Assembly: GCA_010093995.1 (NCBI GenBank)
Contig: ML992512.1
Coordinates: forward strand, 343,736 to 407,735
Direction: 5' to 3'
Length of the DNA stretch: 64,000 bases
From: Elsinoe ampelina
Lineage: Eukaryota
Each line of letters begins with the position of its first letter. Position 1 is the first letter of the stretch. The translations under genes were made by a program, and so were the position numbers. This document shows, in pieces, positions 35,874-48,990 of this stretch. Below the pieces are notes generated by a model, which was not told the origin of the DNA, searched no databases, and was given only the letters and a program-made list of their open reading frames with translations.

Positions 35874-36105
35874 GGTCACAGGATGGTAAAGAGGCCTGGC
35901 ATGACAGCCATATCTCGGCGCAGGACAACGTATGGTTGAGGCCGTCTGAGGGTCTGCGGATTTCTTACACATCAGATAGAAGGGTTCGAAGTCTCTATCG
36001 CAAGTAAGTCGAATTCGATACAGCTATCCGAGTCTATTCTGGTACTCGTCCACTCATCGTAGATTCCCCGTCAAACTTCCCATTAACCAACCCTTTTCAT
36101 GATCA

Positions 36106-37042
36106 CTACTCAAACCAAAACGGCCTATGAACAGCCGGGACAGGCGCAGTCTCTGGCTCCTCCCAGTCCTCCACCATCTCCTTCTGACTCAGCACCCTTG
36201 TCTTGCTTCCACACTCAATACACTCCCCATCATCCGGCCCAATCCACACCACAGGACACAGAGTGCAACCCAGACGAACCGCAGTATCATGCTCATGCCC
36301 CTTCTTGATCAGCTGATAAAACAACATCTTCCCCAGCTCAGGCTTCTCATCAAGCAGCCTACTGAACGAGGGCTTCTTAGTGTAAAGCAGCAGTCTCGGC
36401 TGCATAGCCCAGAAGATCTGCGCGATGTACCTCTCCAAGACGTGGTCCGGCAACCTGCCAAGAGCCTCAAACACGGAGGCTGGAGGATCTTCGTCTTGGC
36501 AGACGAGGAGCGTGTAGTTGATGACCTGGAGGCAATGCTGGACCACAGAGGATAGACCGTATTTGTCGGCTGTGTGGACGAGGTCGACAATGCCGTCGAT
36601 GTCGTGTTGGTTGTCCCACCAGGTGCCATCGAATGGTTGGGCGTCGTCGTAGACGTGCTTCAGCATACGGAATACTGCGTCCGGGGAGTCGTCTTTGAGC
36701 TCGATCTCGGTGCTGTGGAATTTCTAGGGCGGAGTCAGTGCTGGATACTGGTGATTTGGTCATCCTGTGGTAGCTTGATAATACTATCATGGTAGCCCGA
36801 CGACGACTTAGTCGAGCCGGTGACGAGATGGTGGTGGTACGGACCTTGGAAGAGCCCGAGAGCATGGTCTTGAAGTATGGCGATGCTTTCTCTAGGACCT
36901 CACGATGGACGTGAATCTTGCGGTCGCGTGAAACGATCACCAGGATCGCCGACGAGGCATCATTAAAGGACCTGTCGAACGTCAATATCCATGCGGCTAA
37001 AGGGTGCATTTGCACTGACTTCTTTGGCGGCGACATGCTCAT
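36106..37042 (-). CDS. BTB/POZ plus Zn-ribbon protein, copy 7
   Basis: Introns 36972-37019 and 36724-36844; IHVHREVLEKASPYFKTML, IELKDDSP, TADKYGL, C-terminal CTLC...CIEC. Confidence 0.87.
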
Positions 37043-37243
37043 GATGAAAGACGTGGTAGCGAAAGAGATATGTGGAAGGCAAGCAGAGAGATTTGGAGAA
37101 GAGAAATGTTTGAAGAGTCTTGATCACGCTGTGGTTGTAAAACTTCGGCAAACATGTGACAAATGTATCAATGCATGTGCTTTCTTTGATCAGCCAGCAC
37201 CTACTAGGCAATGCTTTACGATATCCGTCATCGACGAAGTGGC

Positions 37244-38536
37244 TCAGTGACCCATGATATTCCTCGGTACGTACAGCTCCTCCAGGTATTTCTCCTCCTC
37301 ATCTGTCAAGACCTTGCCCTTGACATCACAGTTCTCGTCCATGCGGTCGACCGAGCTGAAGCCGATGATAGCACTTGCAACCCGCTTATTGAGCCAGGCA
37401 AGGGCGACATGCGACATCTTCCAATCCCTCTTCTTTGCAATCTCCTCAACCCTGTCGATGATCTGTCGATCCACATCGGCGGTACCGAGGCCGGCAAGCA
37501 GGCTGAATGGGTTCTTGGTATTCTCTTCTGAGCGAGGGGTGGTGCCGTGAAGGGCATTCGGGCGGACGAGGTAGCCACAGGCGAAGGGCGACCACTATGA
37601 GCTATTAGCACATTGCCGGACGTACGAGAGTGAAGGCGACCATACCGCCAACAATCCAACACCGGTCTCTTTGCAGAATTTGTTCATCTCGCGCTCCTCC
37701 TCGCGGTAGAGCAGAGAGTAGTGGTTCTGCATCGAGACAAACTTGGTCCAACCATTTTTCTCCGCCCTGGTCAGATTAGCGAAGAGTTCCGTCGGATCGA
37801 AGTAAGGTCTCTGCGTACACAAACTGCATGGTGATGAATTGGTAGGCGTCCATGGAGCTTGCGCCGATGTACCGAGCCTTCCCGGACTTGACCACATCGT
37901 GGAGAGCCTCCATAGTCTCCTCGATGGGAGTGTTTGGGTCGAAGCGGTGGATCTGAAGGACATCGATATAGTCCGTTTGCAGACGCTTCAGGCAGGCGTC
38001 GACTGCGGTGAAGATAGCACTTCGAGAAAGACCTACAGAACTCGTCAATGGTACAGAGTAGTAGTCGTCCCGGTCACCTCACCTCCCCTGTTGACGAAGT
38101 CTTTGCTCTCCGCAATCTTCTCTCCGTACATCATTGTAGATGTGCTCGGTGTGTCTCCCACGTATGACCAGATCTTTGTCAAGAGCACCACCTTCTCGCG
38201 CGGGATCTCATACTTCTTGATAGCTCTTCCGATGATCTCCTCCGACAGCCCGTTGCTGTAGACATTTGCGGTATCCCAAGTGTTGAGACCCTTGTCGTAT
38301 GCTGCCTTGAGGAGAGGTAGCGCCTGGGATCTGGTCAGAATGAGTGATCAATCCAAACATGACCTTCCTACCTCTTCTTCTGGAGTTGCCCACGGAAGCC
38401 ATCCTTTATCACCGAAGCCTAGAGTCCCCAAGATTGGAAAGGAAACCTTCAAGCCTGATTTACCAACTCGCTTGTATTCTGGCTTCGTTGCCGCAATAGA
38501 AGCGAAGATAGGGTCATTGGCGAAGTTGAACGCCAT
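37244..38536 (-). CDS. Aldo-keto reductase (aryl-alcohol dehydrogenase-like), multi-exon
   Basis: Motifs [67 protein letters not shown] and VALAW. Confidence 0.92.
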
Positions 38537-39054
38537 CTTGTTTCGTGAGTACTTCGCCGGATTGGACGGCTCGAAGGTAATGGAGTGAAATTGGAATTCC
38601 CTAGAGAGGCATATATCATGGCACATATGAGCTGACCTACCGTCTCGTCTTCGGTGACCGACGCATAGCCATCAGTCGGACAGTCACCGACCAGCGCGCG
38701 GCTGACGACTGTCTCTTGGGTGGATGTTGACAATATGGAGGGATCGTGCATAAAGGGAGCTCGAATCCCTGATGAAGTGCATGCAGATCACACACGGCGG
38801 AACGGCGGATGCACCCGGCGAACCTCTCATCACTGGCCGCCTTGATTGCTTCTCATCATTATTGTCATTCCTTACCCTTTCAAGCACATCTAAGGACGAT
38901 GAACTGTTTCGGGCCATGCTTTAGCACCGGCAACCCAGCGTGGAGGATGCTTGTTTCATTTCAGGTTATGGACTGCCGCCCAATGACGATGGCCCTGTCG
39001 CACACGTCTTGCATTTCGTGAAATGTGCGACTGTGTTTCCCTCACATTCCTGCA

Positions 39055-39420
39055 TCACCTCCCCTTCATTAGCGCATCGTTGTAGATGACATTCAGAAGC
39101 CACTCGAAGATGGATTTGTTCTGCTCTTCGATCGTAATCTTTGTCCGAGCCCCTCCCTGACTGTCTGAACCGGTAGTTTCCTACCTTGAAACCGGCAGAA
39201 ACCATGACTTTGAAATAGTCCGACTTGCCCGCCAGAATCGCCTTGTGTGCTTTGAAGGTCTTCGTACCGAAAACAAGCTCGACATCCGAGAACAGCGCAT
39301 TGTCGGCATAGCTGCTTGTAGTGAGCACGCCATCCCGTAACTATGGTGGGCAAACATACATCTCATATTGCCACTCAGCTGAGCTGCTTAAATCAGTCGG
39401 TATAATCTCTGATGCAAGGT
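39055..39420 (-). pseudogene. Truncated BTB/POZ pseudogene, copy 8
   Basis: YADNALFSDVELVFGTKTFKAHKAILAGKSDYFKVM...GFK, then ITIEEQNKSIFEWLLNVIYNDALMKGR*. No in-frame ATG is visible in exon 1, intron 2 is eroded to under 30 nt, and the ADKY helix and C-terminus are missing. Confidence 0.75.
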
Positions 39421-39992
39421 AATTGTGGGGGGGTGCGATGGTGATAATTCAACAATAGTAAAGTCTTCTGCAGAGGCAGTTCTTATCGACTGAGGTAAAG
39501 GAAGTGTCCGGTCTGTCGACTAGTGGAAGTGATGCACTGCTACAGTATCGTGCCTGGGGTGCTGGCGGTTGTTTCTCACTGAGCTGCAGATAAGTCAGTC
39601 CAGCAGAGTGCGAAGGCAGAGCATATTCTTAAGCGAACGTCGAAGCTCCAGGTCCATCGGACGACTGTTGTGCGCCTGCAAGAAGACATGTGGAAGCACA
39701 TGTGAAAGTAAAGCACATGAGGGGACTCGAAGAAGATTTGGACAAACAGTCTTTATTCACCTTCCCCCGCAATCAACTTCCAACCTTCTACCAGAAGGGT
39801 ATCCGCACCTGTCACGACACAACAAAAGGCCAAACGAGTGGACGCGTCGCACGACGCTACGCCGCCGCACCTCATGCCACCACATTCGCATGAGCGCAGA
39901 CGAGACGAATCTGGTGTATGAAACTATTACATGAAGCTGACCGACCACCCCTCACCTCCTCCCTCATCCTCCCCCCTTTCACCACCACCCAT

Positions 39993-41186
39993 CTACTCGT
40001 AATCCCCAGTAGGTCTCGGCGACCCCGGCACAACACCAGTAGGACGCACAGGCCTTCCCGGACGGCCAGGTCGAGGACGACCAGGACGACCAGTAGCCAG
40101 CGCAACACCAGCAACCGACTCCTCCCCGTCAGCAGCACCAGTTGGAGTCGGGCGACCTGGCCTCGGGAAGCCACCAGTTGGGAAAGGGAAGCCAGGGAAG
40201 CTACCTGTCGGACGAGGACGAGACGGACGACCAGTAGGACGGGCAGCGCCTTCGACGATCTCTACTTCCTCGTCGAGCTCGAAGGTACGCTTGGTCAGGT
40301 CCTCGGATGGCTCCTCGCCGGCGTCAGGGGTGCCAGTGGGACGAGGGAAACCGCCTGTTGGACGGGGAAAGCCGGAGAAGCCGCCTGTGGGACGAGGACG
40401 GCGGGTAGGACGGCCAGGGCGAGGACGGGAGGGACGACCAGTAGGACGGGCAGCGCCCTCGACGACCTCTTCTTCCTCGTCGAGCTCGAAGGTGCGCTTG
40501 GTCAGGTCCTCGGATGGCTCCTCGCCGGCGTCAGGGGTGCCAGTGGGACGAGGGAAACCGCCTGTTGGACGGGGAAAGCCGGAGAAGCCGCCTGTAGGAC
40601 GGGGGCGGCGGGTAGGACGACCTGGACGGGGTCCAGAGGGGCGGCCGGTGGGACGAGCGGCGCCGAGGACGGGCTCTTCTTCTTCGCTGGCGCCGGCCAC
40701 GGTTGAGTCGCCGGCGTCTGGGGCCTCGGGCTCCTCAGGGACGGCGCCGGTTGGGCGAGGACGGGGGAAGCTACCGGTCGGACGGGGGCGGCGGGTTGGG
40801 CGGCCGGGACGACCAGTGGGGCGGGCGACGCCCTCGAAGTCTGCCTCATCGGCGGGAGCGCGCTCGGTCAGTCCGCTGCCGAGATCACCCAGGCTGGGGA
40901 AGCCGGAGAGACCGGTGGGGACTGGGAGACTTGGACGACCGGAGCGGGTTGGGCGAGGACGACGGGTGGGGCGGGGAAAGGGAGCGCCGCCAGTGGCACC
41001 GGGACGACCGGAGCGGAACTGGTCGATGAGAGACTTGATGCGGTCCGCACTGTCGCTATCACCGCTGCCGGCACCGGGGAGCTCAGGAGCAGTAGTAGGG
41101 GCGGGAGCGAGACCCTCGTCCTGGGCGGCCGGCGTGGCCAGGGCAAAGGTCGCCAGGGAAAGGGTAGCGAGAGAGATAAACTTCAT
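39993..41186 (-). CDS. Secreted Arg/Pro/Thr/Gly-rich repeat protein with Kex2-type KR sites
   Basis: Signal peptide MKFISLATLSLATFALA; RPTG/RPTRRPRPT blocks alternate with acidic spacers; EDLTKRTFELDEE occurs twice. Confidence 0.85.
   Translation of the reverse strand: MKFISLATLSLATFALATPAAQDEGLAPAPTTAPELPGAGSGDSDSADRIKSLIDQFRSGRPGATGGAPFPRPTRRPRPTRSGRPSLPVPTGLSGFPSLGDLGSGLTERAPADEADFEGVARPTGRPGRPTRRPRPTGSFPRPRPTGAVPEEPEAPDAGDSTVAGASEEEEPVLGAARPTGRPSGPRPGRPTRRPRPTGGFSGFPRPTGGFPRPTGTPDAGEEPSEDLTKRTFELDEEEEVVEGAARPTGRPSRPRPGRPTRRPRPTGGFSGFPRPTGGFPRPTGTPDAGEEPSEDLTKRTFELDEEVEIVEGAARPTGRPSRPRPTGSFPGFPFPTGGFPRPGRPTPTGAADGEESVAGVALATGRPGRPRPGRPGRPVRPTGVVPGSPRPTGDYE
40230..40640. repeat. Near-identical 207-bp (69-codon) tandem duplication inside the repeat protein
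   Basis: GTCAGGTCCTCGGATGGCTCCTCGCCGGCG starts at both 40294 and 40501; boundaries are approximate. Confidence 0.85.
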
Positions 41187-42436
41187 CTTGCCAGAAGATG
41201 CAAAAGTCTAACTGAAAAAGAGGGTATAGGGTTCGGAAAAGACTGGAAGGGAGGGCTGAGGAAGAAACTGAGAGCACTGCTGAGACAACGAAAGGGAGTG
41301 CTGAGAGATACTTGCCTATATACCTGCAAAGGCATGGCGCTTGGAGATGCAACTGATACGCGATGTGGAGACTGGTGGATAAGCACGTATTTCCACAGAA
41401 GCAGGGGGAAATGGGAAAAGTCCGACAGACGGGATGGGATACTGAGCATGGGTCCCTGTGGCAGGTAGAGTAGTGCGTGGCAGGATTGTGTCGGGACGCA
41501 GAATAGCGTTCGACCATGTGTGATGGTACCTGTCGTGGTCGTGGAAAATGTGTTGGGACGAGAGTCGAGAAGGCGATGCATTGACCTGTCGCAAAAGCTT
41601 GCTGGGATCAAGCCAGAGCACCTCAGGGTCGTGGGCATCGGGGCGGCAAAACAACGGTGCTGATGCAGTCATGCAGCAAACATGGCCAGAAGGTCGGGAG
41701 GCTGCAGGGGGAGAAAAGTGGAAGAGAAAAGATGAAACGTGAAGAGACGCGTAGTCACGTTTCATTTTTGTGGGGAGTGGCCCGCCTGTACCTGGATCCG
41801 TGGCGCCACAGTAGCATTGACTTTTCGGCCTTTCCTTTCAACGACTCATGTCAGCAGTCAGCTTTGCTGTTCCAAGGATCAGACTGTGTGATGATCATGC
41901 ACGTCGTTGCTTATGGTCGTGCTAATGCAAGGTACAGGCATCTCGATGGCGTCAGTTGTGGTCGTTATGGAGTCAACAAAATCAGCATCTCGACATAGTA
42001 GACTTGGTCGATGATCGATCACTTCACAGCAGAGGCGATGTCGGTCGTTCTATTTGATCAGATACCTTCTGTCTATGGCTGTCACGTTCACAGCGTCTTC
42101 AGTGCCTCATGTCGTGCGCCGAACCAAGCGCTCGCTTTCAGACGATATCGAGCTCAAACCCGTCTGTGCTCCAGCTTATGACTGGGTAAATAGTCGATAG
42201 TGATAACGCCTCTTCCACCTCCAGAGTCTACAGAGGACATCCGTGATTCCCAACCGACCAAGCCACAAACAGGATGCTTGGACCCTCGGTCCCGGGGGCG
42301 TTTTTAAGCTTATATCCTTGACCACTGTCCGTTTCATCCCAACCACGTCCGGTCGCGGACTCGTCCACGTCGCTGCCTCCGATTCGGACGACGAGGTGGT
42401 GAATTGTGATCGCTGATCAAGAGCTCAGCAAGCTGC

Positions 42437-44866
42437 TCACTCTCCACTGATACCTTTTTTGGCTCTCAGAGTCAGGTCCTTCACCCCTGCGACAAGCGAT
42501 TCTCCCACGGCATCTACCGCTCCTTTTGGACTCCACAGGCTTGGCCCTTGAATGTGACCAGCTTTTATCCTGAACAGCTTGATGTCAGTCCCTGCCCAGA
42601 TACCAGTCCCTGTACCCGACACGCGTTGCGCATCATGAGACACTACCAGACCCCAGTAGTAGGAAGCATACAGGGCTGCTATGGATGGTTGAAAGCTGAA
42701 CTTCTCCGGCTTGTACTCCCGAGATTCAAGGCCTGGTACTCCACCAAGCTCCCGGACAAGTCGTAATACATCAGACTTGTCTGTTGATGTTCTGGTCTCT
42801 GTCAGGGATGGTCTGCCACTGTGGTATACGGAAGGCGTGCTGATCCCGTCATCTCCGTCTGGGGTAGTCGTTAGATTGCTTTCTAGTAGCGAAATGAGGG
42901 TAAGAGGCGTATGTAATGGAAGATCGGCGAGTTTATTCATGAATTCGGCCGAAGAAGTTTTGTGTTCAGACGGACGTTTACCCCTCGACTTTTCTGTCTC
43001 CACGCGGTCCGGCGCCTCAAGTGATGACCGACTCGAAGGTGGAAATTCAAGTTCCGAGATTGCATCCTCGTCCATCAAGGACAGATCACGAAGAGCGCGG
43101 AACTTATCGCGTGCTCGCCACGTCGCATACAAGAGATGCCCATTCTCATGGCCAATTTCATGGTGCTCAATTATCGTGTCGATGGCGTGTAACAAGCTTG
43201 CCAAGGTATTGATATTGCTTTCGTTCGCGTAAAGGACCGAGGGTTTTGCCAGACGAACGAAGGTTTGCATTAGCTTTGAGCTTGTTGCCCGACCCAGTCC
43301 TACAACATGTGGTGCAACATTGCTTATGATGGTCGTCAGGGAAGTGGACCAGAAAGTTGCCTCGGATGGTGTATGCTCCAACAATGTTAACATCGACTGT
43401 TCCATATCAGTGGAGATTATGTTGAAAGCTGCGTGGTTAGCTTACCGTGATGAAGTAATCAGAGTACTTTCCATGAAAGTTCTTGATCTGAATACTGAGC
43501 GGCAGTGTGTCATGTGCTTCAAATGGTCGATTGAGGAGCTCCCCAAAATGGGTTTCTGCACTCAAGGTCTGCAAGCAGAAGATGCAAACTCGACCAACAC
43601 CATCCATGTGCGATTCTTTCGCATAGAAGACGAGTAGTACCATCAGGTCCAGCGCTCTCCCACTTTCTACCACATAATGTAAGTACTTGCGATTCGTGTA
43701 AAGAGCTTCCCAGAGCAGAATAATCATTTCTGGAGTCCACGGTATTGATCTTTGCGCCATTGACAACACGTTACCAGATGATTCCAATGGTCGGCGTAGG
43801 ATCTTGAATACTCCATCGGCAAGGAATTGGAGATGCTTTGGCTTATGTAGATAGCTGAACTGCAGTCGAAACTCGTTCCGATCCTTTCCTTCATCCCAAG
43901 GAGCTCGATTGAGCATGTTGACGAGGAGGAAGTGCAGGCACACTCTGACGTGCGTCTCCCGAATGTTGTCGCCTTGTGGGTTTCGAGGATCGAAGGGAAG
44001 CCACGTATCAGGGTGATATTTGATGACAGTGTTCAGGAGAGAGCATAGTAAGGATTGTGTCCGTCTCTTGTCCGGATTTCTTGTGATACATTGCACGGCA
44101 TCGACCTCGTAGTCGGCATACTCAGGTGCAGAGACGTAGATTGACTTGCTCTCAAGTGTAAGGAGTAACCGCATGATCTCTGTGCGTTTCGACTCGTATT
44201 CCTTGCTGGACAGTACTGTGGTGTCGCATGCTATTCCGCTCTGCCATAAGGTATAGGTAACCTGGCCATGCCGCGTGTCAGCATCCGCTTCTGGCCATGG
44301 TAGCGTAAAGCCAGTGTAGAAGAGAAGATCCAAGAGCGTTCGCACGAGCTGTGAGGTCAAGGATTCCTCCACAGAAACATAGTCTTCCGCGTCCTCAACA
44401 TAGGTCTTGTAGTATTCCAAATCATGCATAGAGGAGAAGGTGGACTCTTCCCATCTTCGTGTTTCGTCCAACTCATAGATATATGGAAGTATTCGTGTCA
44501 GGATACGGATACAGTTGAGGGCCACCAAGCCATGTCGAGAATTGTCCTCGGACAGAGAGGCGGACTGATGTCGGATCTTGGACAGTTGTAGAACAGTCCT
44601 TAGTATCAGTGTTTTCAGATTCTCGATTGCTGTAGTGTTGTCTCGCATGCCCCGGATGTCCGTGGTCGTGATGGTCTCGAAGACATGTTCGGCTGTCTCA
44701 GGTCGAAGCCAGTACTGAAGCGTGTAGAATTAGTAGTCGACTCAGAAAGGGATACTCGGTCAAGACCCACGATCTGCCAAAAGTCATCCTGCTTGGGCGG
44801 AATTACACGTCCTCCAGAGGTTGCCTGGACTATGCTCGCTTTGAGGTCGCTCTGGACCGCGCCCAT
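42437..44866 (-). CDS. HID1/Ecm30 family (dymeclin-like) Golgi-associated protein
   Basis: MGA N-terminus (possible myristoylation), ALNCIRILTRILPYIYE, FYTGFT, WQSGI, C-terminal IWAGTDIKLF and PKGAVDAVG; three exons. Confidence 0.8.
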
Positions 44867-45196
44867 GGTTGGTTATGCTTGGTCGGATCGGTCGAATATG
44901 ATCATGGTAGGCGCATGCTGCCCTCAGAATAGTAAAGGCGTCCTTCCTGGCAGACCGTGAGCGGAAAAGACAATGAGGAGCCGTGGTCTTTCAGCTTAAG
45001 TTCCGGTTGTGTAGATCATCGTTTACCTGTGACCTCATGCGCTGCGCGGAGAGTGATTTAGACAACCGTTGTCGTGCACGGAGTTTCAGCTCACCTTAAT
45101 CTCTTCACGTGAGGCCAAAGACCTGAACATTTCGTACATTACACACACGCCGAACCATGGCAGCGGAATTACCGTAAGGCGATCTATTTCTCAGAG

Positions 45197-46827
45197 ATGG
45201 ATCTGGCACGAGGCATTCTTCGCGGAGCATTTACGAAACAAGATGGCGATCTCGCCCCGGTCGACAAAGATACTTTGAACACTTTCTGTCAAAATCTTGA
45301 TCAAGTTATACAACAGCAACTTCCGGAATCGTCATCAGAGGTCTAATACCATTTCGCCTGTATCTTCGATGAGCTCCTTCACTAAGTCTATAGCAGTCAA
45401 CAGAAAGCTTGGTGTGGATCCTGGCCAATGTAGCTCCCTCGTCGACCAGAACCGCCGCTCTTGGGAAGTATCTCATAAAACTGGTTGAGGCCCAAGGTCG
45501 GAGAGGCTCGACATCACATGTTACGTATTCGGAGACTGGAGACCCTCGAAGACAGCGCAATCTGCAGAGCAACGGGACCGCTGAGAAGTCATGGTACTCG
45601 TTAGCTGACGCCAAAGCCGAAGCAGGTGCTGCTGGCACAGCCATCACCGCATTGGTTTTCCTGGCTGTCATCTTTGATGCAATATGCTACCGCGTAGCGA
45701 ACGACCGCCGCCTCGACGGCTTCACATCTGGGATCAAGGTCGCCACACTCCAACTGCTCCAACATGCGTCCTTGGAAGAAGGCAAGCTGGCTCTGGACAT
45801 TTACCATGTTTTACACAAGCTACTCAGCTGCTTCTCGAAAGATGGTACATTCGATGACTTTGATGTTATGGAGCTACGAAAGACTGTACGCGGCAATTAT
45901 GACGCTTGGTTGTCATGGCTCAAGGCTTCCGATCTACCCGCGCATCGTCGACTGCTTCGAAAGAACGATGTTCTTACCTCTTTGCACGACCTGCCAAGAT
46001 ACCATGGTAATAAGGACGACCCGTGGTACCAACAACCTGCTGGTACAATACTCGATCTCATCCAGGGTCAGAATCCGATCAATACGGAAAAGATCAGACC
46101 TATCTCAATGGCGGGCGTGACAATCGATCCTGAACTTGCTGACGTTGTGAACGAGCATGTCCGAGCAGGCGATCGCATATATGCTCTTACGAAGATCAGC
46201 CCCTACCTCGACGACAGCGATGTACGGCTGAACAGCCTTGGATTTAGGGTGCAGAAGGATGCTGAGAGTGGTAGGAAGCGAGTAATAGAAACCTACTACG
46301 GGCATCAGACGGGTCATTTCGAGCGGCTGAAGCGTAGAAAGACTACAGTTCAGAGCCGGCCTCAAACTGATGTATCTGCTCAGCAACAACGACAAGTCAA
46401 GCAGATCCCCATACCCACAACTGTAGGTCCAAAATCGGGCCCGCCTGAGCCGATGCGATCCCAGGGAATAGCGCCGCCGCCGCAAGCAGCCTATTCGTCT
46501 TTCCATGAGCGGCCCCCGCCTCCTCCACCTCCATCTGGTGGAACGGCTGGATCACCGCCGTTCCCTTTCCAGATTCCCCCTCGGCCTTCTGACTGGAATG
46601 GGCCGTGGCCACCTCCACCGCCGCTTGCAGCCATAGGAAACCCTCCTGCCCCACCTCCGCCTCCTCCGGCCTACTCACCACCGAACGGTTCATTTGGATA
46701 CAATGGCGATGCTGGTCGAGGTATGCATGACAATTATGGTCGAGGATTCGGTGGCGGGAGAGGCAGCTACCAAGATGGTCATTCACGCGGAAGGGGAGCT
46801 CATGGCCGAGGAAGGGGTCGGTGGTGA
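45197..46827 (+). CDS. Putative CID (Pol II CTD-interacting)-like protein with Pro-rich and RGG C-terminus (start uncertain)
   Basis: Helical N-terminus (WILANVAPSSTRTAALGKYL), LPRYHG...PWY motif, poly-Pro tracts and an RGG tail. Family assigned from recalled resemblance only. Confidence 0.6.
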
Positions 46828-48038
46828 AGCGGAATGAGTTTTTGAATTTAACAGCGATGCGACCTACGCAGGATGGAGCGTTGAACAGGAGGCATTGGCA
46901 ATGATACCCACAGCTATACAAAATCCATTTGGCTACACGAGATAGGAATAAAGCACTCGCAAGTCCATGGAAAGGAATCACCCACTTCAAGATGAGAGGA
47001 GTGACGTCATCAATCGCTTTCGGAGCAGGCCGATTGCTTCGTGAAGCGGATTAGAGGTCTGCCCACACAGAGTGGGAAACATCTTCCCGAAACGAGTCGG
47101 AATGGTCTTACATGGTCATACGACACTCTGATATTGACATCATTTTGCTGCTCAAGCCGTATTATATATTCCCGTAATCCAGTCCGATATACACGGCAGA
47201 CAGTACCGGGTGAATGCCTTGCCGTAGATGAAGCCGCAACGACAAAAAGCGGAACAGGCGGTTGTCGAGAGCTTACGAGACTCTGGTGAAAGGCAGATGG
47301 GTTCGGGACTGTTCCGACGTGGGGTCGGTTGTGTGCTTTGAACAAAACTCTAGGTCTGTGTTTTGGAGCTTCCACCTCTCACTCGACGTTTCCACGATCT
47401 GTCTTAGAGTCTAGAGTCGATAAGTTAGGAGACACTGTAGCGGACTGTCCAGATATTGTATGCTGAATAATGTGATCTCGAGTCAGCAGGCGATAGCTCG
47501 GGACAAATTCGCGTGCCGCGTGGAGAGGGGCCACGCAGCGGCGGAGTTGCTGGCGGCGTTGGGTCTCATAAGTTAAGCGTGCGTGTTTGCGTACCTGGAA
47601 TCGTTTCCGACACACCTGCCCTTGTGCCCTTCCCCAATTTTGGGGGGGCCACGCCGCTCGTGCGCAGAACAACAGGCCGCACGCAATGCCGTGAAGCACC
47701 ACAAGGCGTCAGATGGCACCATACAAATATCCGCCGTGCCCAGCTACTGTTGTCCCCGTGTGACGCAGGACGGTTCATAAGCAAATCAAATCCATTATAT
47801 TCCCCATCACTCGCCGTTGACCAAATTCTCATCAATCTACTCGCTCCCTTGCCCGCTATACAGTCACAACTCGGGGTACTTGCTGAATCCGAATCGTTTC
47901 CGAGCGAGACAGTGTACGACGACCACGACGCACGATCCCATATATTCAAATTGCTGCCAACTATCAATACTACTGGATTCTCTCTGTTCATAGTCAAGCA
48001 CTTCTGCAGTCTTCAGAGAGTCAACACCTTTTCCAACC

Positions 48039-48342
48039 ATGTCGCCAGTATCAGCCTACCTTCTCCACACTGTCCGTCAATACTCCAACACCGCCAGACA
48101 AGTCTCAGGTGGGGGCCGACTCCGCGCCAACGCAATCATCCTCTACTGCTGTCTAGCATTCTCCGCACCATTCGCAGGAGCAGCAGAAATGAGCAGGAGA
48201 ACGGGTAAAGACGGCAGCTATGCTAAAATGTACATAATCTCACATCCTCGCAAATGCAGAGCCCCACTAACAATCTCCAGGCGCCCTCTCTCCTTCCGCG
48301 ACTGCCTCCGATCGTCACCACTCGAAGACTACGCTGGTCTAA
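48039..48342 (+). CDS. Possible small single-TM protein (~75 aa)
   Basis: ATG follows a pyrimidine-rich leader; hydrophobic stretch AIILYCCLAFSAPFAGA; clean branch and acceptor CACTAAC...CTCCAG (48280); the donor at 48205 or ~48230 is ambiguous. Confidence 0.4.
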
Positions 48343-48565
48343 GAGTATAATCCACCGCCAGACAGCGCAAACCCATAATAACGAGCTCAATGACCACAAC
48401 CAGCATACCCATATTTCCTTCTTCATTGCATGCACAGCGGACCGGAGGGGCAGCATGGAGGTGACGGCGCAACAACCCCCAGGGACAGAGGGGAGATGTC
48501 TGCTTTTCCTGCCTTTTCTTCCCATCTCATCAATCGTCCCATAGCCCACCCAATCTCAACAAATG

Positions 48566-48990
48566 TTAACTAAACCTATCCCCCTTCGGACTCCTATAAG
48601 CCACCGCACTCTCATACTTCCCCTTCGGCACCTCCCTCGTCGCCGCCGGCGCCACGTCCTGCTCATGTGCATCTTTTCCCGGACTCGCGTGCCCTCCCGT
48701 CTCTTTCGGTGGCGGCGGCGTGCCATACTGCATCCTGTTCATCGTTTGGCGGCGTCGTTCGTCTGCGGCGGCGCGTTCGGCCCGGTCGTTGTTGATGCTG
48801 CGTTTCGCGAAGAAGTATGCTCCTCCGCCGGCGGCGATGAGGACGCCCCAGCCGTAGCTGGGTAAGGTTAGGAGCTGACAGGGGAGGGGGAGGTGGGGGG
48901 GAGGTGTACGCTACTGAAGCTCGCTGGGACGGGTCAGTGAACTTTCAATGGACTGCTTCCCCGCAATGAGTGCGGACTTACTGTGTTCAT
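48566..48990 (-). CDS. Small conserved fungal membrane protein (DUF4748-like)
   Basis: Spliced product MNT|RASVA|YGWGVLIAAGGGAYFFAKRSINNDR...KYESAVAYRSPKGDRFS*, with two micro-exons. Confidence 0.8.

Noticed and set aside
39918..41211. 262-aa and 306-aa + strand repetitive ORFs
   Set aside because: Antisense shadows of the repeat protein, which has the signal peptide and a proper ATG.
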